A DNA stretch of 21,801 bases, from contig JBNJGP010000035.1 in assembly GCA_051747805.1 (NCBI GenBank), positions 5,277 to 27,077 of the forward strand, written 5' to 3'. Below, one piece after another: positions 5,920 through 16,800 of this stretch. This DNA is from Candidatus Muiribacteriota bacterium. Its GTDB lineage: Bacteria > Muiribacteriota > Muiribacteriia > Muiribacteriales > Muiribacteriaceae. Every line of letters begins with the position of its first letter. The first letter of the stretch is position 1. The translations under genes were made by a program, and so were the position numbers. The notes beneath the pieces were generated by a model. The model was not told the DNA's origin. It did not search any database and saw nothing but the letters and a program-made list of their open reading frames with translations.

Positions 5920-7588
5920 TTTAATATTTTTACTGCTTTTTCTGCCGGTTTTTATTATAAGACCTGCTGGTTTTTTAATGCTTTTTTTTATTCTGGGAGC
6001 GGGTTTTTTAATAAAGCCAGGCTCTCTTTTTATTGAAAAAGTTTTTTATGGTTTTTTTTACTTTTATTTACTAATATTTTTTTCTACTTTATTTCAAATT
6101 AATCTTAATCTGACAATTTTTATTATTTTTGCTGGGTTAATTTTTTTATTCATTTACAGGGGGAAAAAAAATCAGTTAAGTATAGATTTTTTTAAAAGAA
6201 GAATTCCGAGGTTTTTTTTTATTGTTCCGGTCGTGTGTTTTATTTTTATATTTGCCGGAACTTATTTCAGCTTTTCAGATTCAATGTACCATTATTCGCG
6301 CATTAATAAAATTCTTGCAGAAAACTATTTTATTAATTTCTCTCCGTTTTATGGACCACAATTTTTTGATTTAAGATATGCTTATGGGTTTACATCTCCC
6401 TTTTTTGGAATTTTTTCCAGACTGCTTACCTTTTTTAATATTGAAAAAGGAGAGGCTGTGGATATTATATATAATTCCACGCATATTTTTTTATATATTT
6501 TAAGTGTTTTCTCTATTTATGGGCTTTCAAAAAAAATATATGGCAAAAAAACCGCCGGATTAAGTATTTTTGTGTTCTCATTAATTTTTATTTTTATAAA
6601 ATCATACTCTTATCATGGGTATGGATTTTCTCTTTCTTCATATCCCATGGCGTTTATGGTTTATTTATTTTTTTATGTAATTTTTTTTAACTCCTTTTAT
6701 AAATCACAAAAAGAATGTTTAATGATTGGATTTTTAAGTGCTGGAATTCATACTTTTTATCATCTGCTTTTTTTTCCTTTAATGCTTGCCTCTGCTTTTT
6801 TTAAAAAGAAAAAAAAATATAATTTTGTTTTTTATGTTCTGGGCGGTCTGCCACTTTATTTATTAAGATTTATTCCTGCAAACACCACTGAAAATTTATT
6901 TTTTAATACGTCTGCACAAATAAATAGATGGAATAATTTTAATTTTTCAGGAATATCAGTGCCGGGTTTTTTACCCGTTGTTTCGCTGATAGTTTTTTTC
7001 TTTACATATAAAATATATAAAAAAAGAAAAGGTGTGGCATTCTTGCTATTTTTTGCCACTATTGTTTCTTTTATCGCTCCTGAAGTGTCATCGCTTATTC
7101 AGTTTAATTCTCAAAAATTTTCCCGCATTTATCAGCTTTTCCCGGTTATTTTAATTCTCTCGCCTTTTTTGACATTTATTATGAGGAAAAAAAGATTTAT
7201 AATAATTTTATTAATAATATTTATTTTGTTTACAGGAATTTCTAAAGCTTATATTTTAAGAGAAAATCTTTATACTACTTCTAATTTAAAGGAGTTGAGG
7301 CAGGTTTTTTCGCAGTTGCCAGAAAAGAAAAAAATACTTGCGGATGTTGAAACTTCGATGCTTATAGCAAGTTTTTCTGATGCATATACAGTTGGTGTTT
7401 ACAGAGAATATTCGGCACCCTCGGTGGATAATATTAAAAAAAGAGAAGAGGCTTATGCTTATTTTTTGAAATTCAGAGAAAATAAGTTTAGCGCAGATTA
7501 TGTGCTTATTATTCCAACACATAGAGAATTTTTTAAGGGAATAGACTATAAAGAGTTGGGAAAAGGGTTTGGGTTGCTTGAATTATGA
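5894..7588 (+). CDS. Polytopic membrane protein, putative GT-C fold glycosyltransferase
   Basis: More than 10 predicted hydrophobic segments; luminal-loop motif SDSMYHYSRINKI typical of GT-C-like proteins; soluble C-terminal domain (KILADVETS...DYVLI); operon context. The family is inferred. Confidence 0.55.
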   Translation: MVNGNYRNNLIFLLLFLPVFIIRPAGFLMLFFILGAGFLIKPGSLFIEKVFYGFFYFYLLIFFSTLFQINLNLTIFIIFAGLIFLFIYRGKKNQLSIDFFKRRIPRFFFIVPVVCFIFIFAGTYFSFSDSMYHYSRINKILAENYFINFSPFYGPQFFDLRYAYGFTSPFFGIFSRLLTFFNIEKGEAVDIIYNSTHIFLYILSVFSIYGLSKKIYGKKTAGLSIFVFSLIFIFIKSYSYHGYGFSLSSYPMAFMVYLFFYVIFFNSFYKSQKECLMIGFLSAGIHTFYHLLFFPLMLASAFFKKKKKYNFVFYVLGGLPLYLLRFIPANTTENLFFNTSAQINRWNNFNFSGISVPGFLPVVSLIVFFFTYKIYKKRKGVAFLLFFATIVSFIAPEVSSLIQFNSQKFSRIYQLFPVILILSPFLTFIMRKKRFIIILLIIFILFTGISKAYILRENLYTTSNLKELRQVFSQLPEKKKILADVETSMLIASFSDAYTVGVYREYSAPSVDNIKKREEAYAYFLKFRENKFSADYVLIIPTHREFFKGIDYKELGKGFGLLEL

Positions 7589-9171
7589 TAAAATTTTTGA
7601 AAATAAATAAAAATCATTTAATGCTGGCTGTTTTATGGCTTCTTTTTTTAATTTATTTTTTAAATCTTGCTCCCGGTTTAAACACGCGTGACAGCGGAGA
7701 ATTTCTTGTTTCTGCAAAATATCTTGATATTACACATCCGCCCGGTTATCCGCTTTATTCAAGTGCCGGCAGGTTATTTTATGCTTTTGGTGGAGAAAGG
7801 GCAATTATATTCATGTCCTCTTTTTTTGGGGTTTTAAGTTTTTTTATTCTGTATTTAATGTGTTCAAAAAGTATTACTCTTGCAGTGTTTGGTTTAATTC
7901 TTTTTTTATCAGAATCCTATTTTTATTATTCAACTACAGCAGAAGTTTATACTCTTAACTTATTTTTTTATGTTCTTGTATTTTATTTTTCTTTAAAGCA
8001 GAAATATTATGCCGCGCTTTTTGCAATAAGTATTGCAAGTTTAATTCAGCCGGTGAATTTTATACTTCTTATTCCGTTTACTGTGGGAGCATTTTTTAAA
8101 GTAAAGAGAAAATGGAAAGCCTTTTTTATTCTCGCACTTGGGGCTGTTCTTTTTTTATACCTTCCTTTCAGGGCCTCTGCAGAACTTCCTTTAAATTATG
8201 GAAATCCCTCAAATATAAAAAACTTTCTTGTGCAGATTTCAGGTCTTGACTTTGGTGTTAGAGAAAATGTATTTAATTTTGATCTTGAAAGAGTTGCAAA
8301 TAATTTTTTTAATTTTTTTAAAAAAGCTTCAATAAGAATTGAAACTATTTTTTTTATACCTGGACTTTTTATTTTATGGAAAAAAAACAAATATTTTTTT
8401 TATAAATCAACTCTTTTTTTAATTCTTTATGTTGTTTTTTTTCTGTTGCTTAATTTGAATATAGACCATGCCTGGCATTTTTTTATGCCCGCCATGTTTT
8501 TAGCATATTATATTTGTATTTTAAGTTTTAAAAAATTAAAGCTTAATTTTAAGATTTTAATTCCACTTCTATTAATATTTTATATATTCCCCAATTCAAC
8601 CCCGAATCATACAAATGCTGCCTATAATTATGTCAAAAATGCTGCTATTTCAGCCCAGGAACCTGCAATTATTTTTACTGCAAGAGATAATAGAACTTTT
8701 TATTTTCTTTATTATAAGTACTTTAAAGAGAATAAGGAAGAAGATTTTATAAATATTAATATATTAAATCTTGGGGAGGACTGGTATTTAAAAAATTTAA
8801 GTCAAAAACTTAAACTTCCCGACACTCTGGGTGATAATCCTGAGTTTAACCTACGTCAAATTGTTGGATTTCTTTCTTCTGAGTATAATTTATATTTGGA
8901 CGTTAATCCTGAAATGTTTGGGTTTACAGGGAACTATTATAGACAGGGAGTGCTTTATCAGCTGTTTAAAAAATCCCGTAATGATTTAATAATTGCGCGT
9001 AATTTACGTATAGAGGGGTTACCCTTTAAGTTAGACAAAAAAGATCCGGAGCTATATAACCTGGGAATAAGTTTTTCTGATACGTTTGATTATTATAAAA
9101 AATATTTTAATGAAGAAAAGAAGAGGTTTTATTCAGAATGGAAAAATTATTATACTTCTGTTTATTATTAA
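7585..9171 (+). CDS. DUF2723 / TMEM260-like GT-C glycosyltransferase
   Basis: Signature DSGEFLVSAKYLDITHPPGYPLY, AEVYTLN, YLPFRAS..P.LNYGNP, and C-terminal D-N-x-x-F (RDNRTF). ATGA overlap with the upstream gene. Confidence 0.88.
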   Translation: MIKFLKINKNHLMLAVLWLLFLIYFLNLAPGLNTRDSGEFLVSAKYLDITHPPGYPLYSSAGRLFYAFGGERAIIFMSSFFGVLSFFILYLMCSKSITLAVFGLILFLSESYFYYSTTAEVYTLNLFFYVLVFYFSLKQKYYAALFAISIASLIQPVNFILLIPFTVGAFFKVKRKWKAFFILALGAVLFLYLPFRASAELPLNYGNPSNIKNFLVQISGLDFGVRENVFNFDLERVANNFFNFFKKASIRIETIFFIPGLFILWKKNKYFFYKSTLFLILYVVFFLLLNLNIDHAWHFFMPAMFLAYYICILSFKKLKLNFKILIPLLLIFYIFPNSTPNHTNAAYNYVKNAAISAQEPAIIFTARDNRTFYFLYYKYFKENKEEDFININILNLGEDWYLKNLSQKLKLPDTLGDNPEFNLRQIVGFLSSEYNLYLDVNPEMFGFTGNYYRQGVLYQLFKKSRNDLIIARNLRIEGLPFKLDKKDPELYNLGISFSDTFDYYKKYFNEEKKRFYSEWKNYYTSVYY

Positions 9172-10706
9172 CAATATTTACACCCGCTTTTTTTACCAAT
9201 GAGGAATGGCTTATTTCAAGAGTTGCAGCCTCTTTTATAATTGTATGCATACTTTTTTTAAAAAAAGTAAAAATAAATAAAACAGCCTGTCAGGCAAGTA
9301 TTTTTCTTTTTTTAATAACTGTTTCTGGTATTCTTTTTTCAGCTCATTTTTACAATACTATTTATCTTTTAAACTGGTATTTTACCCTTATTTTAATATA
9401 TATTTTTTTTCTTAATTTTAAAAAAATAACTTTTTTGAAATTTTTTTATATAAGCGCCTTTATAACAAGTATAATATCTATTATTTCTTTTTTTGCCCAG
9501 ATTAACTTTTTATCATTGGTTCAGACAGGTCTTAATCAGAAACTCTGGTTTGTAAATCCCAATTATATGGGGGCTTTTTTGCTAAGTGCAGTTATATGGG
9601 GAATTTTGAAGTCCAAAAAGATTAAAAAATTTCATTTAACTAATTTAATAATTTTTGCAGGAATAATTATTTCATATAATCGTGCGGCCTGGGGAATTTT
9701 TATTCTAATGTATTTTATAATTTATTTAAAAAACAAGTACAAAAAAGCTGTGTTTTTCATTTCGGTTCTGACTGTTTTAGTTGTAAATATTATAATTATT
9801 AACGGCTGGATAGAAGAACCCTCGTTAATACATCGAACTTATTTTTTCAATATTGGACTGAGGCAGTTTATTGATAACCCGGTTACAGGGGTGGAAAGTG
9901 GGCAGTACAGGTATTTTTATGGAAAATATATTAAAGATGTTTATGAGCCTGGAATTTATGATAGACTACCCGCCACTCATTTTGTGCATAATGATTATAT
10001 ACAGTTTCTTGCTGAAAATGGGCTGATTGGGGTCGGGATAATTTTTTTCTTTTTATGGTGGGTTTACTGTCAGAAGAAAAATTTAATTTTTTATTACGGA
10101 ATAATGGTGTTGTTGATGTCCTCAATTAATCATTTTCTTTTCTTTGAAGAGGGGATTATTATTTTTTTAACAGCAGCGGCTCTTTATTCAAAAGAAAAAA
10201 TGTACAGACTGCCGTTTAAAAAATGGGTGTTAAACGTTTTTATTTTAATTATTATTATTACAAATTTATTTTTATTTTCAGGGGCCTATGGGTTTGAAAA
10301 TGTCAGTAAGGGTGAGAAGGCACAGAAATTTCTTGCAATAAGGCCTGGATACTCATTTTTACAGTATAATACTGGGGCTTATTACTATAATGAGGGAAAT
10401 AAAGAAAAGGCTTTTTTATTTTTTGAAAAAGCAATTAATAATGATCCATATTATGGCCGTTTTTATAAAGGAGCGGGTTTTTCTGCCGGACAGTCTGAAA
10501 GTTATGAAAAATGTTTTGATTACTATAAAAAGGCAGTAAAATACTTGAATTTTGATGAAGCTTTTGAAGCCTCTTCTGAAGCTTTGTTTTTTGCCAGTAA
10601 AATTGATAATAAAGAAATGATTGACTATTTTTTAAAAACGTTAAAGAAAAATATGTATCTTGAAAAACATAAGGAGCTTTATAGAAGAATTTTATTTATG
10701 ATTTAA
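9138..10706 (+). CDS. O-antigen ligase / O-oligosaccharyltransferase (Wzy_C) family protein with C-terminal TPR
   Basis: FVNPNYMG, SYNRAAW, NPVTGV, HFVHNDYIQFLAENGLIG motifs; TPR-like YNTGAYYYNEGNKEKAFLFFEKAINNDP. Confidence 0.85.
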   Translation: MEKLLYFCLLLTIFTPAFFTNEEWLISRVAASFIIVCILFLKKVKINKTACQASIFLFLITVSGILFSAHFYNTIYLLNWYFTLILIYIFFLNFKKITFLKFFYISAFITSIISIISFFAQINFLSLVQTGLNQKLWFVNPNYMGAFLLSAVIWGILKSKKIKKFHLTNLIIFAGIIISYNRAAWGIFILMYFIIYLKNKYKKAVFFISVLTVLVVNIIIINGWIEEPSLIHRTYFFNIGLRQFIDNPVTGVESGQYRYFYGKYIKDVYEPGIYDRLPATHFVHNDYIQFLAENGLIGVGIIFFFLWWVYCQKKNLIFYYGIMVLLMSSINHFLFFEEGIIIFLTAAALYSKEKMYRLPFKKWVLNVFILIIIITNLFLFSGAYGFENVSKGEKAQKFLAIRPGYSFLQYNTGAYYYNEGNKEKAFLFFEKAINNDPYYGRFYKGAGFSAGQSESYEKCFDYYKKAVKYLNFDEAFEASSEALFFASKIDNKEMIDYFLKTLKKNMYLEKHKELYRRILFMI

Positions 10707-10722
10707 AGTATAACTCTGAGGG

Positions 10723-10751
10723 TTGCAATTTAACCTTCAATACTGTACAAT
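10723..10751 (+). promoter_or_regulatory. Sigma70-type promoter for the EF-G paralog
   Basis: TTGCAA (10723-10728)-N17-TACAAT (10746-10751); SD GGGAG at 10784-10788. Confidence 0.6.
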
Positions 10752-10795
10752 ATATCTCAAACTTAAAATTTAAATTTAAAAACGGGAGAATTGCT

Positions 10796-12880
10796 ATGAA
10801 ATTTTATAACACTGACAAAATAAGGAATATAGTTTTAACTGGTCCTGCGGGGTCTGGTAAAACATCTCTGGCAGAAGCTTTTTTATTCAATTCTGGTGGG
10901 AACAACCGTTTAGGAAGTGTAGATTCCGGAACTTCGGTTTGTGATTTTATGGAAGAAGAAATTGATAAAAAAATGTCTGTTTCTGGAAAATTATGCGCAA
11001 TAGAGTGGGAAGATATAAAAATAAACCTTTTAGATACACCTGGAAGTCCTGATTTTATTGGAGAGGTTATTAGAATGGCAAAACCGGCAGACGCGTTTCT
11101 TTTTTTAATTGACGCTTCTATTGGTGTAGATGCACAGGCTATGAAGTTATATGAATATATTAAAGAAAAGCCTGGGCTTATTTTTATTAATAAACTTGAG
11201 AACGAAAGGGCAAATTTTGAAAGCTGCTATAATCAAATTAAAGAAAGACTTTCTTCAAATGCTCTTCCTCTTTTTGTTCCAATGGGAGAAGAAAAAAATT
11301 ATAAAGGTGTAATTGATTTAATTAACGAGAAAGCTATTTTTACAGAAGATAATGGTAAAAATGTAAAAGTGGAAGATATTCCTGAGGAGTTTAAAGATAC
11401 TTTTGAAAATTATAAAGAACAGCTTGTTGAAAGTATTGTAGAAACTGATGAAGAAATGATGGAAAAATATCTAGAGGGAAATGAAATTTCTAAAGAAGAG
11501 CTTATGAAAGCTTTTATAACCGCAGTTAAATCAGGTAGTGTTACTGGTGTTGTATGCGGACTAGCTGCAAAGAATGATGGAATAAAAAATATTATGGATA
11601 TTGCGGTAAAATATCTTCCATCCCCTGCAGATATTGGTAAAATTACCGCCATAGATAAAGAAACTGAAGAAGAACTTGATGTTGATATTTCGCCTGAAGG
11701 TGAGTTTTCAGCATATATATTTAAAACTCAAATTGAGGGGCAGGCTGGAGAATTTGCTTTCTTTAAAGCTTACAGCGGAAAATTTTCTGGCGGAGAATTA
11801 AAGAATATGAATAAAGATGCTGCAGAAAGAATTAATCAGCTTTATACTTTAAGAGGTAAAGATAAAGTTGATATTTCTGAAATCGCGGCAGGTGATATAG
11901 GAACTACTGTAAAATTAAAAAGCACTACTACTAACGATACTCTATGCGAGCCTAAAATGGCTATTTTTCATAAAGAGTATGAAATACCTGAGTCACTCAT
12001 TTCAATTGCAGTTGTTCCAAAAACGCAGGCTGACCAGGATAAGCTTGGTTCTGCTCTTACAAAAATGACTTCAGAAGACCCAACTCTTAAAGTGAATTTT
12101 AATCCAGAGTTTTTACAGACAATTGTTTCTGGAATGGGCGAGCAGCATTTAAATCTTGTAATTAACAGACTCAAAAAAAGATATAACCTGGACGTTGAAG
12201 TAGAAAAACCCAGAATTGCCTATAGAGAAACTATCCGTAAACCTGTAAATGCAGAAAAAAAATATAAAAAACAATCAGGTGGTAAAGGCCAGTATGGTCA
12301 TTGTCTGATTGAAATGCACCCTCTTGAACGGGGAGCAGGTTTTGAGTTTGAAGATAAGATATTTGGTGGGTCCATACCATCAAAATTTATACCTGCAATT
12401 GAAAAAGGTATTAAAGAAACTATGCAAAAGGGTGTTTTAGGGGAATATCCTGTTATTGATGTTAAAGTTGTTGTTTATGACGGCTCTTACCATGATGTGG
12501 ATTCATCTGAGATGGCGTTTAAACTTGCGGGGGCTATGGCGTTTAAAGACGGAATGGCCAAAGCAAATCCTGTTTTACTTGAACCTGTTATGGAGGTTGA
12601 GGTTATTGTTCCAGATGATTATATGGGTGATATTATGGGCGATTTAAACGGTAGGCGCGGAAGAATTATGGGAACAGAAGCTTATAAAAAAGGGTTTCAA
12701 AAAATCAAGGCAAATGTTCCAGAGGCTGAAATGTATAAGTATATAAACGATTTACGTTCAATGACTCAGGGACAGGGAACATTTTTAATGAAATTTTCTA
12801 ATTATTCTGAAGTTCCTCACAACGCGCAGGAAAAAGTAATTGAAGAAACAAAAAAATTAAAAGAAGAAGAAGCAAAGTAG
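10796..12880 (+). CDS. fusA: Elongation factor G paralog (EF-G2-like / FusA-like), stand-alone
   Basis: Full five-domain EF-G: GPAGSGKTS, DTPG, NKLE, SGMGEQHL, KKQSGGKGQYG, YHDVDSSEMAFK, LLEPVM, LRSMTQGQG. It is not in an rpsL-rpsG-fusA-tuf operon and its GTPase motifs are non-canonical. Confidence 0.93.
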   Translation: MKFYNTDKIRNIVLTGPAGSGKTSLAEAFLFNSGGNNRLGSVDSGTSVCDFMEEEIDKKMSVSGKLCAIEWEDIKINLLDTPGSPDFIGEVIRMAKPADAFLFLIDASIGVDAQAMKLYEYIKEKPGLIFINKLENERANFESCYNQIKERLSSNALPLFVPMGEEKNYKGVIDLINEKAIFTEDNGKNVKVEDIPEEFKDTFENYKEQLVESIVETDEEMMEKYLEGNEISKEELMKAFITAVKSGSVTGVVCGLAAKNDGIKNIMDIAVKYLPSPADIGKITAIDKETEEELDVDISPEGEFSAYIFKTQIEGQAGEFAFFKAYSGKFSGGELKNMNKDAAERINQLYTLRGKDKVDISEIAAGDIGTTVKLKSTTTNDTLCEPKMAIFHKEYEIPESLISIAVVPKTQADQDKLGSALTKMTSEDPTLKVNFNPEFLQTIVSGMGEQHLNLVINRLKKRYNLDVEVEKPRIAYRETIRKPVNAEKKYKKQSGGKGQYGHCLIEMHPLERGAGFEFEDKIFGGSIPSKFIPAIEKGIKETMQKGVLGEYPVIDVKVVVYDGSYHDVDSSEMAFKLAGAMAFKDGMAKANPVLLEPVMEVEVIVPDDYMGDIMGDLNGRRGRIMGTEAYKKGFQKIKANVPEAEMYKYINDLRSMTQGQGTFLMKFSNYSEVPHNAQEKVIEETKKLKEEEAK

Positions 12881-12892
12881 TTATTATTTAAA

Positions 12893-13765
12893 GTGAGCAT
12901 TTTTAAAAAAAAATTTCATAATTACAATTTAATTCTCGGGGGCGGAGGCTCCCGGGGACTTTCTCATATAGGTATTCTCAAATATCTGCAAAAGGCGGAG
13001 TTTCCTTTTCCTCACAGAATAACTGGATGTAGCATGGGGTCAATTATTGCAGCCTTATATGCTATTTATAAAAATGCAGAAACAGTTGAAGAAAAAGTTT
13101 CACAGATTATTGAATCAAAAGATTTTAAAAAAATAAAAATAGAAAAATCTGTTAATATTTTCAGCTCCTATATTCTTTTAACAATACTTTATAGAAGAAA
13201 ATACCTAGCCTCGGTAAGCAGAATAAAAAAAGTTCTCGTGGATTTTATACCCGATGATATAAATATAGAACAATTAGATACAAAACTTGAGTTTTCTACT
13301 TTTGATATAGAAAATGGAGAGAGAATTTTATTAAAAAAAGGGAATCTTCTTGAGGCGGTTATTGCCTCATCGGCTATTCCAGGTATTGTGGAAACTGTAA
13401 AAACAGGAGATGATTTACTTGTGGACGGAGGTGTTGCAGGCTCTATTCCCTTTTTTAATTATAAAGATGATAAAACAAAAACAATTGTTGTGGATGTAAG
13501 CTATAAGCCGGATAATATAAAACCTTTAAAAAATGGCTTAGAAATTTTTTATCGCTCAATTGAATGGCAGCTGTATTTTTTTGAAAGGCTTGAAAGAGAT
13601 GTTAATAAAAACAGAAAAAATGTTTTGGTGCTGGAGCCTGACGTAAAAAAATACAAGTTAAAAGATTTTTATAATTATAAAAATATTATTGACTCAGGTT
13701 ACGAATATGCCCAGCAAAAAAGCTTGGAAATAGATGATTTTCTGCATAAAAGATTCTGGCAGTAA
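12893..13765 (+). CDS. Patatin-like phospholipase (RssA/NTE-like)
   Basis: GGGGSRG oxyanion motif, GCSMG nucleophile elbow, ASSAIPG, DGG. GTG start. Confidence 0.93.
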   Translation: MSIFKKKFHNYNLILGGGGSRGLSHIGILKYLQKAEFPFPHRITGCSMGSIIAALYAIYKNAETVEEKVSQIIESKDFKKIKIEKSVNIFSSYILLTILYRRKYLASVSRIKKVLVDFIPDDINIEQLDTKLEFSTFDIENGERILLKKGNLLEAVIASSAIPGIVETVKTGDDLLVDGGVAGSIPFFNYKDDKTKTIVVDVSYKPDNIKPLKNGLEIFYRSIEWQLYFFERLERDVNKNRKNVLVLEPDVKKYKLKDFYNYKNIIDSGYEYAQQKSLEIDDFLHKRFWQ

Positions 13766-13788
13766 ATTCAAGTAACGGATTAATACTG

Positions 13789-13817
13789 TTGAAAAACAAA
13801 TAATTTAAAGATAATAT
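13789..13817 (+). promoter_or_regulatory. Candidate sigma70 promoter giving a leaderless kinase mRNA
   Basis: TTGAAA (13789-13794)-N17-TAATAT (13812-13817), then 7 nt to ATG 13825; no SD. Confidence 0.45.
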
Positions 13818-13824
13818 ATTTTAT

Positions 13825-16800
13825 ATGAAAAAAATAATTTTCACTTTCATTTTAATAAATATAGTTTTAATAACTTATGCCTCTTCTGTAGATAAGCATC
13901 TTATAGATGGTATTCAGGCATATCAGAATCGTGAATTTCAGAAAGCAATCAATCATTTTAACCGAGCTATCGATCTTTCGCCAAGGGTTGGAGAAGCATA
14001 CTATTATCTTGGTTTAATTTATTATAGAGAAAATGAACTTGCCCGTGCTGAAAGAAATTTAAAAAAAGCACTTGAAATTGACCCCAGATGGAGTTCTGTG
14101 CTTGAAAAATTAGGACAGATATATTATGAGCAGGGTAGAGATGAACAGGCCAAAAAAACTTTTTCAGATGCGCTTAAATTTAATGAAAACAGCAAGGAAG
14201 CTTTAGAATTTTTTTCAGAGTATTATTATAATAAAAAAGAATTTGATAAGGCTGAGGAATTTTTAATCCGGCTTGAAGAGAACTCTTCGCTTTCGGCAGA
14301 ACTTTCTAAAATGTTAGGATTAATTTATTTAAAACGTCAGCATTATGATAAAGCATTAACTTTTTTAAACAGATATTCTGGAATGTTTCCTTTTGATAAA
14401 GATATTGCAAATAGATTAATTCTTTTGAGAATGTTAAAAAATGATAAGCTTGATTTATCTGATAATATTATTTTACATATAAAAAATCTTTTAAAGCAAC
14501 CGGAATTATCAGAACGTGACGTTCAGGCAGAGATTGCTCGTCTGCTCAGCCAGGAACAAGATGATAATAAGGTAGTTGAAGAAGAAAAAACATTTGAAAT
14601 TCCAGAGGTTAGCTTTACCCAGAATACATTTATCGATAAATTAATATTTACGTTGGCTGGAATTTTCTTTTTTGGTGGATTAGGTTTTGCTGCCTTTTTT
14701 ATATGGAAAAAAATAGATTTTTCAAAAAGTACTTCTTTAAATTATTTAAAAAAGAAAACAAAAATCACAAAAAAAATGATTGAAGAAACAAATGATGAAG
14801 AAACTTTAATCAGTTATCTTGAGGCTTTAAAAAATAATAATCAGGACACGGGACTTGAAATTCTTCTTTTAAAAAAAATTGGAAAGAAAAACCCTGAGTT
14901 TTTATATTCGGCAGCTATTAAACTGGAAGAAAATGGAAACAATACTGAAGCTTTAAAAATCTTAAAACAGATTAAGGATAGTTGTGGAAGCGATATGTAT
15001 TTTGAAGTTTTAATGGATATTATCCGTATTAATCTTAAACTTGGTGATTCAGAAAAAGCTGTTGATGTTTTCAGAAAGATAAATAAAATAGGTAAAATTA
15101 ATATGAATACATTCAATAAAAAGATTCAGTTACTTCCAAAATCTATATGGAATGATTTTATATTTTTTGAAAATATTATTGACTTTTTTCTAAGCCGGGA
15201 AAATACTGCCCAGGCTATTTCAAAAAGCGAAAAGTTCATGGAGCTAACAGATTCGGAAGAAAACAAAATAAAAATGGCCCGGAAGATGGTTAATATTTTA
15301 AGTGAAAACAACCTTAACCGGGAAGCAGTTAAAATATATAAAAAGCTTATAGAAGCACAGCCTGAGAGCATAGAAAATTATTATGGTATTGTTGATGCTC
15401 TGCTGGCAGCTGGAGATATGTCCGAGGCAAGGCCCTATATTTCAACCGTTATTAAGGGTTTTTCAGACGAAAAAGAGAATTTTGTAAATAATTTAATAAT
15501 TTATTTGAAAAAGGGTGAGAAAAAGCCTGAATCTTTTCTTATGTTAACAGATATTTTAAGCGATGATGATGCTCTTTATACTCAAATTAGAGAAATTTAT
15601 GAGCTTTTTGTAGAAAATTTTCCTTCTGAAGACAACTATTTTAAGTATTATGAGTTTTTAATACAAAATGACGAAGAGGAGGGATTGAATCTTATTTTTA
15701 AATTTGTAGAAAACGACTGGACAAAGTACTATAATCGATTTCTTGATGATTTAAATAATTATCTGCAAAAAAACCCGGATGATATGGAAAAAGTCAGGTT
15801 GATGGCTAATATACTTGATTTAAGCGGAAGATATGCGGAATCTCATATTTTATTTAAAAAGATTTTTCATTTTAATCCAGATGATAAACAGAATCTTTTA
15901 AATTTATTTAAAACAGCAAGTTTTCTTCAAAGAGAAGACGATATACTGGAATATGGAAATAAAATTTTATCTTTAAATAAAAATATTCAGAAACAGGCGG
16001 TAGAATTTCTAAAAATTGATAATGAAAGTTCGCTTCAGTTACAGATACTTCACAGTCGTCTTATGGTTAATATAGGTAGAGAGGGTGAGGCGTTTGAAAA
16101 ACTGAGATATATGGAAATAAAACAACCTGATAATATTAAACTGAAAGAATTTTTTGCCTCTCTGTTGAAAGATTTTTATCCTAAAGAGGCTCTTGAAAAG
16201 TACAAAGCTTTAATAAAGATAAACTCTGAAAATGTTTATTACTGGTATGAGGCTGCAGAACTTCTTGCCCGGTTAAACGTTAGAAACCAGGCTTATAAAG
16301 CTTATGCAAAGCTTTTGAAGTTGACTGAGGAATCAGCTTATATTGAAGAGGCAATAAAATTTTTTATAAATTTTGGTTTTTTTGATTACGCATTAAAAAA
16401 TTTGCATAGACTTGAAGATAAAGAGCTTTTAAAAAAATATGAAAAAAAACTGCTTCTTGAAAAATCCAGATTCGAATTTAAAATTCTTAACTCAATTCAA
16501 AAAGGCGGAGATGTTCCAGAAGAAGCTGTTAATCATATAATTGCTGGTAATAATATAGCTGTTGAGCCTACCAGACGTGTAAGAGAAAAATATGAAAAGC
16601 TTGACTCTCAAGGTATAAAACTTGAAATGATTGAAAAATATTATTATATGGAGCTTTATGATGAGGGGATAGAGCTTGCTCAGGAAATATTAAAAGAGAA
16701 TGAACACTGGAAACCCCGTTTCTATCTGGGGAGATTTTTTCTGCAAAAAGAACTTAATGATATTTCTTTCAGGGAGTTTGCAAATATTAAATGGTCGGAT

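Noticed and set aside
4648..6220. T9 tracts (4648-4656, 6212-6220) as phase-variation switches in the glycosylation genes
   Set aside because: Poly-T runs are expected in Phe/Leu-rich membrane genes of an AT-rich genome, all frames are intact, and no poly-G/C tract is present.
10796..12880. TetM/TetO ribosomal protection protein
   Set aside because: Length (694 aa) and domain IV/V motifs (KQSGGKGQYG, YHDVDSS) are EF-G-type, not TetM-type.
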